DNA from: the human T2T-CHM13v2.0 reference genome, Homo sapiens
Reading direction: 5' to 3' (one strand)
Assembly: GCF_009914755.1 (NCBI RefSeq)
Contig: NC_060943.1
Length of the DNA stretch: 64,000 nt
Under the pieces are notes generated by a model. It did no database searches, was not told the DNA's origin, and worked only from the letters and a program-made list of their open reading frames with translations. The translations under genes were made by a program, and so were the position numbers. Below are positions 14,201-27,100 of this stretch, in pieces (position 1 is the first letter of the stretch; each line of letters opens with the position of its first letter).

Positions 14201-16699
14201 CGATCCTTTACACAGAGCAGACTTGAAACACTCTTTTTGTGGAATTTGCAAGTGGAGATTTCAGCCGCTTTGAGGTCAATGGTAGAATAGGAAATATCTT
14301 CCTATAGAAACTAGACAGAATGATTCTCAGAAACTCCTTTGTGATGTGTGCGTTCAACTCACAGAGTTTAACCTTTCTTTTCATAGAGCAGTTAGGAAAC
14401 ACTCTGTTTGTAAAGTCTGCAAGTGGATATTCAGACATCCTTGAGGCTTTCGTTGGAAACGGGATTTCTTCATATTCTGCTAGAAAGAAGAATTCTCAGT
14501 AACTTCCTTGTGTTGTGTGTATTCAACTCACAGAGTTGAACGATCCTTTACACAGAGCAGACTTGAAACACTCCTTTTGTGGAATTTGCAAGTGGAGATT
14601 TCAGCCGCTTTGAGGTCAATGGTAGAATAGGAAATATCTTCCTATAGAAACTAGACAGAATGATTCTCAGAAACTCCTTTGTGATGTGTGCGTTCAACTC
14701 ACAGAGTTTAACCTTTCTTTTCATAGAGCAGTTGGGAAACACTCTGTTTGTAAAGTCTGCAAGTGGATATTCAGACATCCTTGAGGCTTTCGTTGGAAAC
14801 GGGATTTCTTCATATTCTGCTAGAAAGAAGAATTCTCAGTAACTTCCTTGTGTTGTGTGTATTCAACTCACAGAGTTGAACGATCCTTTACACAGAGCAG
14901 ACTTGAAACACTCTTTTTGTGGAATTTGCAAGTGGAGATTTCAGCCGCTTTGAGGTCAATGGTAGAATAGGAAATATCTTCCTATAGAAACTAGACAGAA
15001 TGATTCTCAGAAACTCCTTTGTGATGTGTGCGTTCAACTCACACAGTTTAACCTTTCTTTTCATAGAGCAGTTAGGAAACACTCTGTTTGTAAAGTCTGC
15101 AAGTGGATATTCAGACCTCCTTGAGGCCTTCGTTGGAAACGGGATTTCTTCATATTATGCTAGACAGAAGAATTCTCAGTAACTTCCTTGTGTTGTGTGT
15201 ATTCAACTCACAGAGTTGAACGATCCTTTACACAGAGCAGACTTGAAACACTCTTTTTGTGGAATTTGCAAGTGGAGATTTCAGCCGCTTTGAGTTCAAT
15301 GGTAGAATAGGAAATATCTTCCTATAGAAACTAGACAGAATGATTCTCAGAAACTCCTTTGTGATGTGTGCGTTCAACTCACAGAGTTGAACCTTTCTTT
15401 TCATAGAGCAGTTGGGAAACACTCTGTTTGTAAAGTCTGCAAGTGGATATTCAGACTTCTTTGAGGCCTTCGTTGGAAGCGGGATTTCTTCATATTCTGC
15501 TAGACAGAAGAATTCTCAGAAACTTCCTTGTGTTGTGTGTTTTCAACTCACAGAGTTGAACGATCCTTTACACAGAGCAGACTTGAAACACTCCTTTTGT
15601 GGAATTTGCAAGTGGAGATTTCAGCCGCTTTGAGGTCAATGGTAGAATAGGAAATATCTTCCTATAGAAAGTAGACAGAATGATTCTCAGAAACTCCTTT
15701 GTGATGTGTGCGTTCAACTCACAGAGTTTAACCTTTCTTTTCATAGAGCAGTTAGGAAACACTCTGTTTGTAAAGTCTGCAAGTGGATATTCAGACCTCC
15801 TTGAGGCCTTCGTTGGAAAAGGGATTTCTTCATATTCTGCTAGACAGAAGAATTCTCAGTAACTTCCTTGTGTTGTGTGTATTCAACTCACAGAGTTGAA
15901 CGATCCTTTACACAGAGCAGACTTGAAACACTCTTTTTGTGGAATTTGCAAGTGGAGATTTCAGCCGCTTTGAGGTCAATGGTAGAATAGGAAATATCTT
16001 CCTATAGAAACTAGACAGAATGATTCTCAGAAACTCCTTTGTGATGTGTGCGTTCAACTCACAGAGTTTAACCTTTCTTTTCATAGAGCAGTTAGGAAAC
16101 ACTCTGTTTGTAAAGTCTGCAAGTGGATATTCAGACCTCCTTGAGGCCTTCGTTGGAAACGGGATTTCTTCATATTATGCTAGACAGAAGAATTCTCAGT
16201 AACTTCCTTGTGTTGTGTGTATTCAACTCACAGAGTTGAACGATCCTTTACACAGAGCAGACTTGAAACACTCTTTTTGTGGAATTTGCAAGTGGAGATT
16301 TCAGCCGCTTTGAGTTCAATGGTAGAATAGGAAATATCTTCCTATAGAAACTAGACAGAATGATTCTCAGAAACTCCTTTGTGATGTGTGCGTTCAACTC
16401 ACAGAGTTCAACCTTTCTTTTCATAGAGCAGTTGGGAAACACTCTGTTTGTAAAGTCTGCAAGTGGATATTCAGACTTCTTTGAGGCCTTCGTTGGAAGC
16501 GGGATTTCTTCATATTCTGCTAGACAGAAGAATTCTCAGTAACTTCCTTGTGTTGTGTGTATTCAACTCACAGAGTTGAACGATCCTTTACACAGAGCAG
16601 ACTTGAAACACTCTTTTTGTGGAATTTGCAAGTGGAGATTTCAGCCGCTTTGAGGTCAATGGTAGAATAGGAAATATCTTCCTATAGAAACTAGACAGA
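11260..16699 (+). repeat. Local duplication: 11260-12950 approx. 15000-16690 (offset 3740)
   Basis: Shared private variants: gagttga at 11649/15389 and CENP-B box C>A at 12080/15820. Confidence 0.85.
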
Positions 16700-19600
16700 A
16701 TGATTCTCAGAAACTCCTTTGTGATGTGTGCGTTCAACTCACAGAGTTTAACCTTTCTTTTCATAGAGCAGTTAGGAAACACTCTGTTTGTAAAGTCTGC
16801 AAGTGGATATTCAGACATCCTTGAGGCTTTCGTTGGAAACGGGATTTCTTCATATTCTGCTAGAAAGAAGAATTCTCAGTAACTTCCTTGTGTTGTGTGT
16901 ATTCAACTCACAGAGTTGAACGATCCTTTACACAGAGCAGACTTGAAACACTCCTTTTGTGGAATTTGCAAGTGGAGATTTCAGCCGCTTTGAGGTCAAT
17001 GGTAGAATAGGAAATATCTTCCTATAGAAACTAGACAGAATGATTCTCAGAAACTCCTTTGTGATGTGTGCGTTCAACTCACAGAGTTTAACCTTTCTTT
17101 TCATAGAGCAGTTGGGAAACACTCTGTTTGTAAAGTCTGCAAGTGGATATTCAGACATCCTTGAGGCTTTCGTTGGAAACGGGATTTCTTCATATTCTGC
17201 TAGAAAGAAGAATTCTCAGTAACTTCCTTGTGTTGTGTGTATTCAACTCACAGAGTTGCACGATCCTTTACACAGAGCAGACTTGAAACACTCTTTTTGT
17301 GGAATTTGCAAGTGGAGATTTCAGCCGCTTTGAGGTCAATGGTAGAATAGGAAATATCTTCCTATAGAAACTAGACAGAATGATTCTCAGAAACTTCTTT
17401 GTGATGTGTGCGTTCAACTCACAGAGTTTAACCTTTCTTTTCATAGAGCAGTTAGGAAACACTCTGTTTGTAAAGTCTGCAAGTGGATATTCAGACCTCC
17501 TTGAGGCCTTCGTTGGAAGCGGGATTTCTTCATGTTCTGCTAGACAGAAGAATTCTCAGAAACTTCCTTGTGTTGTGTGTTTTCAACTCACAGAGTTGAA
17601 CGATCCTTTACACAGAGCAGACTTGAAACACTCCTTTTGTGGAATTTGCAAGTGGAGATTTCAGCCGCTTTGAGGTCAATGGTAGAATAGGAAATATCTT
17701 CCTATAGAAACTAGACAGAATGATTCTCAGAAACTCCTTTGTGATGTGTGCGTTCAACTCACAGAGTTCAACCTTTCTTTTCATAGAGCAGTTGGGAAAC
17801 ACTCTGTTTGTAAAGTCTGCAAGTGGATATTCAGACTTCTTTGAGGCCTTCGTTGGAAGCGGGATTTCTTCATATTCTGCTAGACAGAAGAATTCTCAGA
17901 AACTTCCTTGTGTTGTGTGTTTTCAACTCACAGAGTTGAACGATCCTTTACACAGAGCAGACTTGAAACACTCCTTTTGTGGAATTTGCAAGTGGAGATT
18001 TCAGCCGCTTTGAGGTCAATGGTAGAATAGGAAATATCTTCCTATAGAAAGTAGACAGAATGATTCTCAGAAACTCCTTTGTGATGTGTGCGTTCAACTC
18101 ACAGAGTTTAACCTTTCTTTTCATAGAGCAGTTAGGAAACACTCTGTTTGTAAAGTCTGCAAGTGGATATTCAGACCTCCTTGAGGCCTTCGTTGGAAAC
18201 GGGATTTCTTCATATTATGCTAGACAGAAGAATTCTCAGTAACTTCCTTGTGTTGTGTGTATTCAACTCACAGAGTTGAACGATCCTTTACACAGAGCAG
18301 ACTTGAAACACTCTTTTTGTGGAATTTGCAAGTGGAGATTTCAGCCGCTTTGAGTTCAATGGTAGAATAGGAAATATCTTCCTATAGAAACTAGACAGAA
18401 TGATTCTCAGAAACTCCTTTGTGATGTGTGCGTTCAACTCACAGAGTTTAACCTTTCTTTTCATAGAGCAGTTAGGAAACACTCTGTTTGTAAAGTCTGC
18501 AAGTGGATATTCAGACATCCTTGAGGCTTTCGTTGGAAACGGGATTTCTTCATATTCTGCTAGAAAGAAGAATTCTCAGTAACTTCCTTGTGTTGTGTGT
18601 ATTCAACTCACAGAGTTGAACGATCCTTTACACAGAGCAGACTTGAAACACTCCTTTTGTGGAATTTGCAAGTGGAGATTTCAGCCGCTTTGAGGTCAAT
18701 GGTAGAATAGGAAATATCTTCCTATAGAAACTAGACAGAATGATTCTCAGAAACTCCTTTGTGATGTGTGCGTTCAACTCACACAGTTTAACCTTTCTTT
18801 TCATAGAGCAGTTAGGAAACACTCTGTTTGTAAAGTCTGCAAGTGGATATTCAGACCTCCTTGAGGCCTTCGTTGGAAACGGGATTTCTTCATATTATGC
18901 TAGACAGAAGAATTCTCAGTAACTTCCTTGTGTTGTGTGTATTCAACTCACAGAGTTGAACGATCCTTTACACAGAGCAGACTTGAAACACTCTTTTTGT
19001 GGAATTTGCAAGTGGAGATTTCAGCCGCTTTGAGTTCAATGGTAGAATAGGAAATATCTTCCTATAGAAACTAGACAGAATGATTCTCAGAAACTTCTTT
19101 GTGATGTGTGCGTTCAACTCACAGAGTTCAACCTTTCTTTTCATAGAGCAGTTGGGAAACACTCTGTTTGTAAAGTCTGCAAGTGGATATTCAGACTTCT
19201 TTGAGGCCTTCGTTGGAAGCGGGATTTCTTCATATTCTGCTAGACAGAAGAATTCTCAGAAACTTCCTTGTGTTGTGTATTTTCAACTCACAGAGTTGAA
19301 CGATCCTTTACACAGAGCAGACTTGAAACACTCCTTTTGTGGAATTTGCAAGTGGAGATTTCAGCCGCTTTGAGGTCAATGGTAGAATAGGAAATATCTT
19401 CCTATAGAAAGTAGACAGAATGATTCTCAGAAACTCCTTTGTGATGTGTGCGTTCAACTCACAGAGTTTAACCTTTCTTTTCATAGAGCAGTTAGGAAAC
19501 ACTCTGTTTGTAAAGTCTGCAAGTGGATATTCAGACCTCCTTGAGGCCTTCGTTGGAAACGGGATTTCTTCATATTATGCTAGACAGAAGAATTCTCAGT

Positions 19601-22600
19601 AACTTCCTTGTGTTGTGTGTATTCAACTCACAGAGTTGAACGATCCTTTACACAGAGCAGACTTGAAACACTCTTTTTGTGGAATTTGCAAGTGGAGATT
19701 TCAGCCGCTTTGAGTTCAATGGTAGAATAGGAAATATCTTCCTATAGAAACTAGACAGAATGATTCTCAGAAACTCCTTTGTGATGTGTGCGTTCAACTC
19801 ACAGAGTTCAACCTTTCTTTTCATAGAGCAGTTGGGAAACACTCTGTTTGTAAAGTCTGCAAGTGGATATTCAGACTTCTTTGAGGCCTTCGTTGGAAGC
19901 GGGATTTCTTCATATTCTGCTAGACAGAAGAATTCTCAGTAACTTCCTTGTGTTGTGTGTATTCAACTCACAGAGTTGAACGATCCTTTACACAGAGCAG
20001 ACTTGAAACACTCTTTTTGTGGAATTTGCAAGTGGAGATTTCAGCCGCTTTGAGGTCAATGGTAGAATAGGAAATATCTTCCTATAGAAACTAGACAGAA
20101 TGATTCTCAGAAACTCCTTTGTGATGTGTGCGTTCAACTCACAGAGTTTAACCTTTCTTTTCATAGAGCAGTTAGGAAACACTCTGTTTGTAAAGTCTGC
20201 AAGTGGATATTCAGACATCCTTGAGGCTTTCGTTGGAAACGGGATTTCTTCATATTCTGCTAGAAAGAAGAATTCTCAGTAACTTCCTTGTGTTGTGTGT
20301 ATTCAACTCACAGAGTTGAACGATCCTTTACACAGAGCAGACTTGAAACACTCCTTTTGTGGAATTTGCAAGTGGAGATTTCAGCCGCTTTGAGGTCAAT
20401 GGTAGAATAGGAAATATCTTCCTATAGAAACTAGACAGAATGATTCTCAGAAACTCCTTTGTGATGTGTGCGTTCAACTCACAGAGTTTAACCTTTCTTT
20501 TCATAGAGCAGTTGGGAAACACTCTGTTTGTAAAGTCTGCAAGTGGATATTCAGACATCCTTGAGGCTTTCGTTGGAAACGGGATTTCTTCATATTCTGC
20601 TAGAAAGAAGAATTCTCAGTAACTTCCTTGTGTTGTGTGTATTCAACTCACAGAGTTGCACGATCCTTTACACAGAGCAGACTTGAAACACTCTTTTTGT
20701 GGAATTTGCAAGTGGAGATTTCAGCCGCTTTGAGGTCAATGGTAGAATAGGAAATATCTTCCTATAGAAACTAGACAGAATGATTCTCAGAAACTTCTTT
20801 GTGATGTGTGCGTTCAACTCACAGAGTTTAACCTTTCTTTTCATAGAGCAGTTAGGAAACACTCTGTTTGTAAAGTCTGCAAGTGGATATTCAGACCTCC
20901 TTGAGGCCTTCGTTGGAAGCGGGATTTCTTCATGTTCTGCTAGACAGAAGAATTCTCAGAAACTTCCTTGTGTTGTGTGTTTTCAACTCACAGAGTTGAA
21001 CGATCCTTTACACAGAGCAGACTTGAAACACTCCTTTTGTGGAATTTGCAAGTGGAGATTTCAGCCGCTTTGAGGTCAATGGTAGAATAGGAAATATCTT
21101 CCTATAGAAACTAGACAGAATGATTCTCAGAAACTCCTTTGTGATGTGTGCGTTCAACTCACAGAGTTCAACCTTTCTTTTCATAGAGCAGTTGGGAAAC
21201 ACTCTGTTTGTAAAGTCTGCAAGTGGATATTCAGACTTCTTTGAGGCCTTCGTTGGAAGCGGGATTTCTTCATATTCTGCTAGACAGAAGAATTCTCAGA
21301 AACTTCCTTGTGTTGTGTGTTTTCAACTCACAGAGTTGAACGATCCTTTACACAGAGCAGACTTGAAACACTCCTTTTGTGGAATTTGCAAGTGGAGATT
21401 TCAGCCGCTTTGAGGTCAATGGTAGAATAGGAAATATCTTCCTATAGAAAGTAGACAGAATGATTCTCAGAAACTCCTTTGTGATGTGTGCGTTCAACTC
21501 ACAGAGTTTAACCTTTCTTTTCATAGAGCAGTTAGGAAACACTCTGTTTGTAAAGTCTGCAAGTGGATATTCAGACCTCCTTGAGGCCTTCGTTGGAAAC
21601 GGGATTTCTTCATATTATGCTAGACAGAAGAATTCTCAGTAACTTCCTTGTGTTGTGTGTATTCAACTCACAGAGTTGAACGATCCTTTACACAGAGCAG
21701 ACTTGAAACACTCTTTTTGTGGAATTTGCAAGTGGAGATTTCAGCCGCTTTGAGTTCAATGGTAGAATAGGAAATATCTTCCTATAGAAACTAGACAGAA
21801 TGATTCTCAGAAACTCCTTTGTGATGTGTGCGTTCAACTCACAGAGTTCAACCTTTCTTTTCATAGAGCAGTTGGGAAACACTCTGTTTGTAAAGTCTGC
21901 AAGTGGATATTCAGACTTCTTTGAGGCCTTCGTTGGAAGCGGGATTTCTTCATATTCTGCTAGACAGAAGAATTCTCAGAAACTTCCTTGTGTTGTGTAT
22001 TTTCAACTCACAGAGTTGAACGATCCTTTACACAGAGCAGACTTGAAACACTCCTTTTGTGGAATTTGCAAGTGGAGATTTCAGCCGCTTTGAGGTCAAT
22101 GGTAGAATAGGAAATATCTTCCTATAGAAAGTAGACAGAATGATTCTCAGAAACTCCTTTGTGATGTGTGCGTTCAACTCACAGAGTTTAACCTTTCTTT
22201 TCATAGAGCAGTTAGGAAACACTCTGTTTGTAAAGTCTGCAAGTGGATATTCAGACCTCCTTGAGGCCTTCGTTGGAAACGGGATTTCTTCATATTATGC
22301 TAGACAGAAGAATTCTCAGTAACTTCCTTGTGTTGTGTGTATTCAACTCACAGAGTTGAACGATCCTTTACACAGAGCAGACTTGAAACACTCTTTTTGT
22401 GGAATTTGCAAGTGGAGATTTCAGCCGCTTTGAGTTCAATGGTAGAATAGGAAATATCTTCCTATAGAAACTAGACAGAATGATTCTCAGAAACTCCTTT
22501 GTGATGTGTGCGTTCAACTCACAGAGTTCAACCTTTCTTTTCATAGAGCAGTTGGGAAACACTCTGTTTGTAAAGTCTGCAAGTGGATATTCAGACTTCT

Positions 22601-24179
22601 TTGAGGCCTTCGTTGGAAGCGGGATTTCTTCATATTCTGCTAGACAGAAGAATTCTCAGTAACTTCCTTGTGTTGTGTGTATTCAACTCACAGAGTTGAA
22701 CGATCCTTTACACAGAGCAGACTTGAAACACTCTTTTTGTGGAATTTGCAAGTGGAGATTTCAGCCGCTTTGAGGTCAATGGTAGAATAGGAAATATCTT
22801 CCTATAGAAACTAGACAGAATGATTCTCAGAAACTCCTTTGTGATGTGTGCGTTCAACTCACAGAGTTTAACCTTTCTTTTCATAGAGCAGTTAGGAAAC
22901 ACTCTGTTTGTAAAGTCTGCAAGTGGATATTCAGACATCCTTGAGGCTTTCGTTGGAAACGGGATTTCTTCATATTCTGCTAGAAAGAAGAATTCTCAGT
23001 AACTTCCTTGTGTTGTGTGTATTCAACTCACAGAGTTGAACGATCCTTTACACAGAGCAGACTTGAAACACTCCTTTTGTGGAATTTGCAAGTGGAGATT
23101 TCAGCCGCTTTGAGGTCAATGGTAGAATAGGAAATATCTTCCTATAGAAACTAGACAGAATGATTCTCAGAAACTCCTTTGTGATGTGTGCGTTCAACTC
23201 ACAGAGTTTAACCTTTCTTTTCATAGAGCAGTTGGGAAACACTCTGTTTGTAAAGTCTGCAAGTGGATATTCAGACATCCTTGAGGCTTTCGTTGGAAAC
23301 GGGATTTCTTCATATTCTGCTAGAAAGAAGAATTCTCAGTAACTTCCTTGTGTTGTGTGTATTCAACTCACAGAGTTGCACGATCCTTTACACAGAGCAG
23401 ACTTGAAACACTCTTTTTGTGGAATTTGCAAGTGGAGATTTCAGCCGCTTTGAGGTCAATGGTAGAATAGGAAATATCTTCCTATAGAAACTAGACAGAA
23501 TGATTCTCAGAAACTTCTTTGTGATGTGTGCGTTCAACTCACAGAGTTTAACCTTTCTTTTCATAGAGCAGTTAGGAAACACTCTGTTTGTAAAGTCTGC
23601 AAGTGGATATTCAGACCTCCTTGAGGCCTTCGTTGGAAGCGGGATTTCTTCATGTTCTGCTAGACAGAAGAATTCTCAGAAACTTCCTTGTGTTGTGTGT
23701 TTTCAACTCACAGAGTTGAACGATCCTTTACACAGAGCAGACTTGAAACACTCCTTTTGTGGAATTTGCAAGTGGAGATTTCAGCCGCTATGAGGTCAAT
23801 GGTAGAATAGGAAATATCTTCCTATAGAAACTAGACAGAATGATTCTCAGAAACTCCTTTGTGATGTGTGCGTTCAACTCACAGAGTTCAACCTTTCTTT
23901 TCATAGAGCAGTTGGGAAACACTCTGTTTGTAAAGTCTGCAAGTGGATATTCAGACTTCTTTGAGGCCTTCGTTGGAAGCGGGATTTCTTCATATTCTGC
24001 TAGACAGAAGAATTCTCAGTAACTTCCTTGTGTTGTGTGTATTCAACTCACAGAGTTGAACGATCCTTTACACAGAGCAGACTTGAAACACTCTTTTTGT
24101 GGAATTTGCAAGTGGAGATTTCAGCCGCTTTGAGTTCAATGGTAGAATAGGAAATATCTTCCTATAGAAACTAGACAGA

Positions 24180-27100
24180 ATGATTCTCAGAAACTCCTTT
24201 GTGATGTGTGCGTTCAACTCACAGAGTTTAACCTTTCTTTTCATAGAGCAGTTAGGAAACACTCTGTTTGTAAAGTCTGCAAGTGGATATTCAGACATCC
24301 TTGAGGCTTTCGTTGGAAACGGGATTTCTTCATATTCTGCTAGAAAGAAGAATTCTCAGTAACTTCCTTGTGTTGTGTGTATTCAACTCACAGAGTTGAA
24401 CGATCCTTTACACAGAGCAGACTTGAAACACTCCTTTTGTGGAATTTGCAAGTGGAGATTTCAGCCGCTTTGAGGTCAATGGTAGAATAGGAAATATCTT
24501 CCTATAGAAACTAGACAGAATGATTCTCAGAAACTCCTTTGTGATGTGTGCGTTCAACTCACAGAGTTTAACCTTTCTTTTCATAGAGCAGTTGGGAAAC
24601 ACTCTGTTTGTAAAGTCTGCAAGTGGATATTCCGACATCCTTGAGGCTTTCGTTGGAAATGGGATTTCTTCATATTCTGCTAGAAAGAAGAATTCTCAGT
24701 AACTTCCTTGTGTTGTGTGTATTCAACTCACAGAGTTGAACGATCCTTTACACAGAGCAGACTTGAAACACTCTTTTTGTGGAATTTGCAAGTGGAGATT
24801 TCAGCCGCTTTGAGGTCAATGGTAGAATAGGAAATATCTTCCTATAGAAACTAGACAGAATGATTCTCAGAAACTCCTTTGTGATGTGTGCGTTCAACTC
24901 ACACAGTTTAACCTTTCTTTTCATAGAGCAGTTAGGAAACACTCTGTTTGTAAAGTCTGCAAGTGGATATTCAGACCTCCTTGAGGCCTTCGTTGGAAAC
25001 GGGATTTCTTCATATTATGCTAGACAGAAGAATTCTCAGTAACTTCCTTGTGTTGTGTGTATTCAACTCACAGAGTTGAACGATCCTTTACACAGAGCAG
25101 ACTTGAAACACTCTTTTTGTGGAATTTGCAAGTGGAGATTTCAGCCGCTTTGAGTTCAATGGTAGAATAGGAAATATCTTCCTATAGAAACTAGACAGAA
25201 TGATTCTCAGAAACTCCTTTGTGATGTGTGCGTTCAACTCACAGAGTTCAACCTTTCTTTTCATAGAGCAGTTGGGAAACACTCTGTTTGTAAAGTCTGC
25301 AAGTGGATATTCAGACTTCTTTGAGGCCTTCGTTGGAAGCGGGATTTCTTCATATTCTGCTAGACAGAAGAATTCTCAGTAACTGCCTTGTGTTGTGTGT
25401 ATTCAACTCACAGAGTTGAACGATCCTTTACACAGAGCAGACTTGAAACACTCTTTTTGTGGAATTTGCAAGTGGAGATTTCAGCCGCTTTGAGGTCAAT
25501 GGTAGAATAGGAAATATCTTCCTATAGAAACTAGACAGAATGATTCTCAGAAACTCCTTTGTGATGTGTGCGTTCAACTCACAGAGTTTAACCTTTCTTT
25601 TCATAGAGCAGTTAGGAAACACTCTGTTTGTAAAGTCTGCAAGTGGATATTCAGACATCCTTGAGGCTTTCGTTGGAAACGGGATTTCTTCATATTCTGC
25701 TAGAAAGAAGAATTCTCAGTAACTTCCTTGTGTTGTGTGTATTCAACTCACAGAGTTGAACGATCCTTTACACAGAGCAGACTTGAAACACTCCTTTTGT
25801 GGAATTTGCAAGTGGAGATTTCAGCCGCTTTGAGGTCAATGGTAGAATAGGAAATATCTTCCTATAGAAACTAGACAGAATGATTCTCAGAAACTCCTTT
25901 GTGATGTGTGCGTTCAACTCACAGAGTTTAACCTTTCTTTTCATAGAGCAGTTGGGAAACACTCTGTTTGTAAAGTCTGCAAGTGGATATTCAGACATCC
26001 TTGAGGCTTTCGTTGGAAACGGGATTTCTTCATATTCTGCTAGAAAGAAGAATTCTCAGTAACTTCCTTGTGTTGTGTGTATTCAACTCACAGAGTTGCA
26101 CGATCCTTTACACAGAGCAGACTTGAAACACTCTTTTTGTGGAATTTGCAAGTGGAGATTTCAGCCGCTTTGAGGTCAATGGTAGAATAGGAAATATCTT
26201 CCTATAGAAACTAGACAGAATGATTCTCAGAAACTTCTTTGTGATGTGTGCGTTCAACTCACAGAGTTTAACCTTTCTTTTCATAGAGCAGTTAGGAAAC
26301 ACTCTGTTTGTAAAGTCTGCAAGTGGATATTCAGACCTCCTTGAGGCCTTCGTTGGAAGCGGGATTTCTTCATGTTCTGCTAGACAGAAGAATTCTCAGA
26401 AACTTCCTTGTGTTGTGTGTTTTCAACTCACAGAGTTGAACGATCCTTTACACAGAGCAGACTTGAAACACTCCTTTTGTGGAATTTGCAAGTGGAGATT
26501 TCAGCCGCTTTGAGGTCAATGGTAGAATAGGAAATATCTTCCTATAGAAACTAGACAGAATGATTCTCAGAAACTCCTTTGTGATGTGTGCGTTCAACTC
26601 ACAGAGTTCAACCTTTCTTTTCATAGAGCAGTTGGGAAACACTCTGTTTGTAAAGTCTGCAAGTGGATATTCAGACTTCTTTGAGGCCTTCGTTGGAAGC
26701 GGGATTTCTTCATATTCTGCTAGACAGAAGAATTCTCAGAAACTTCCTTGTGTTGTGTGTTTTCAACTCACAGAGTTGAACGATCCTTTACACAGAGCAG
26801 ACTTGAAACACTCCTTTTGTGGAATTTGCAAGTGGAGATTTCAGCCGCTTTGAGGTCAATGGTAGAATAGGAAATATCTTCCTATAGAAAGTAGACAGAA
26901 TGATTCTCAGAAACTCCTTTGTGATGTGTGCGTTCAACTCACAGAGTTTAACCTTTCTTTTCAAACAGCAGTTAGGAAACACTCTGTTTGTAAAGTCTGC
27001 AGGTGGATATTCAGACCTCCTTGAGGCCTTCGTTGGAAACGGGATTTCTTCATATTATGCTAGACGGAAGAATTCTCAGTAACTTCCTTGTGTTGTGTGT

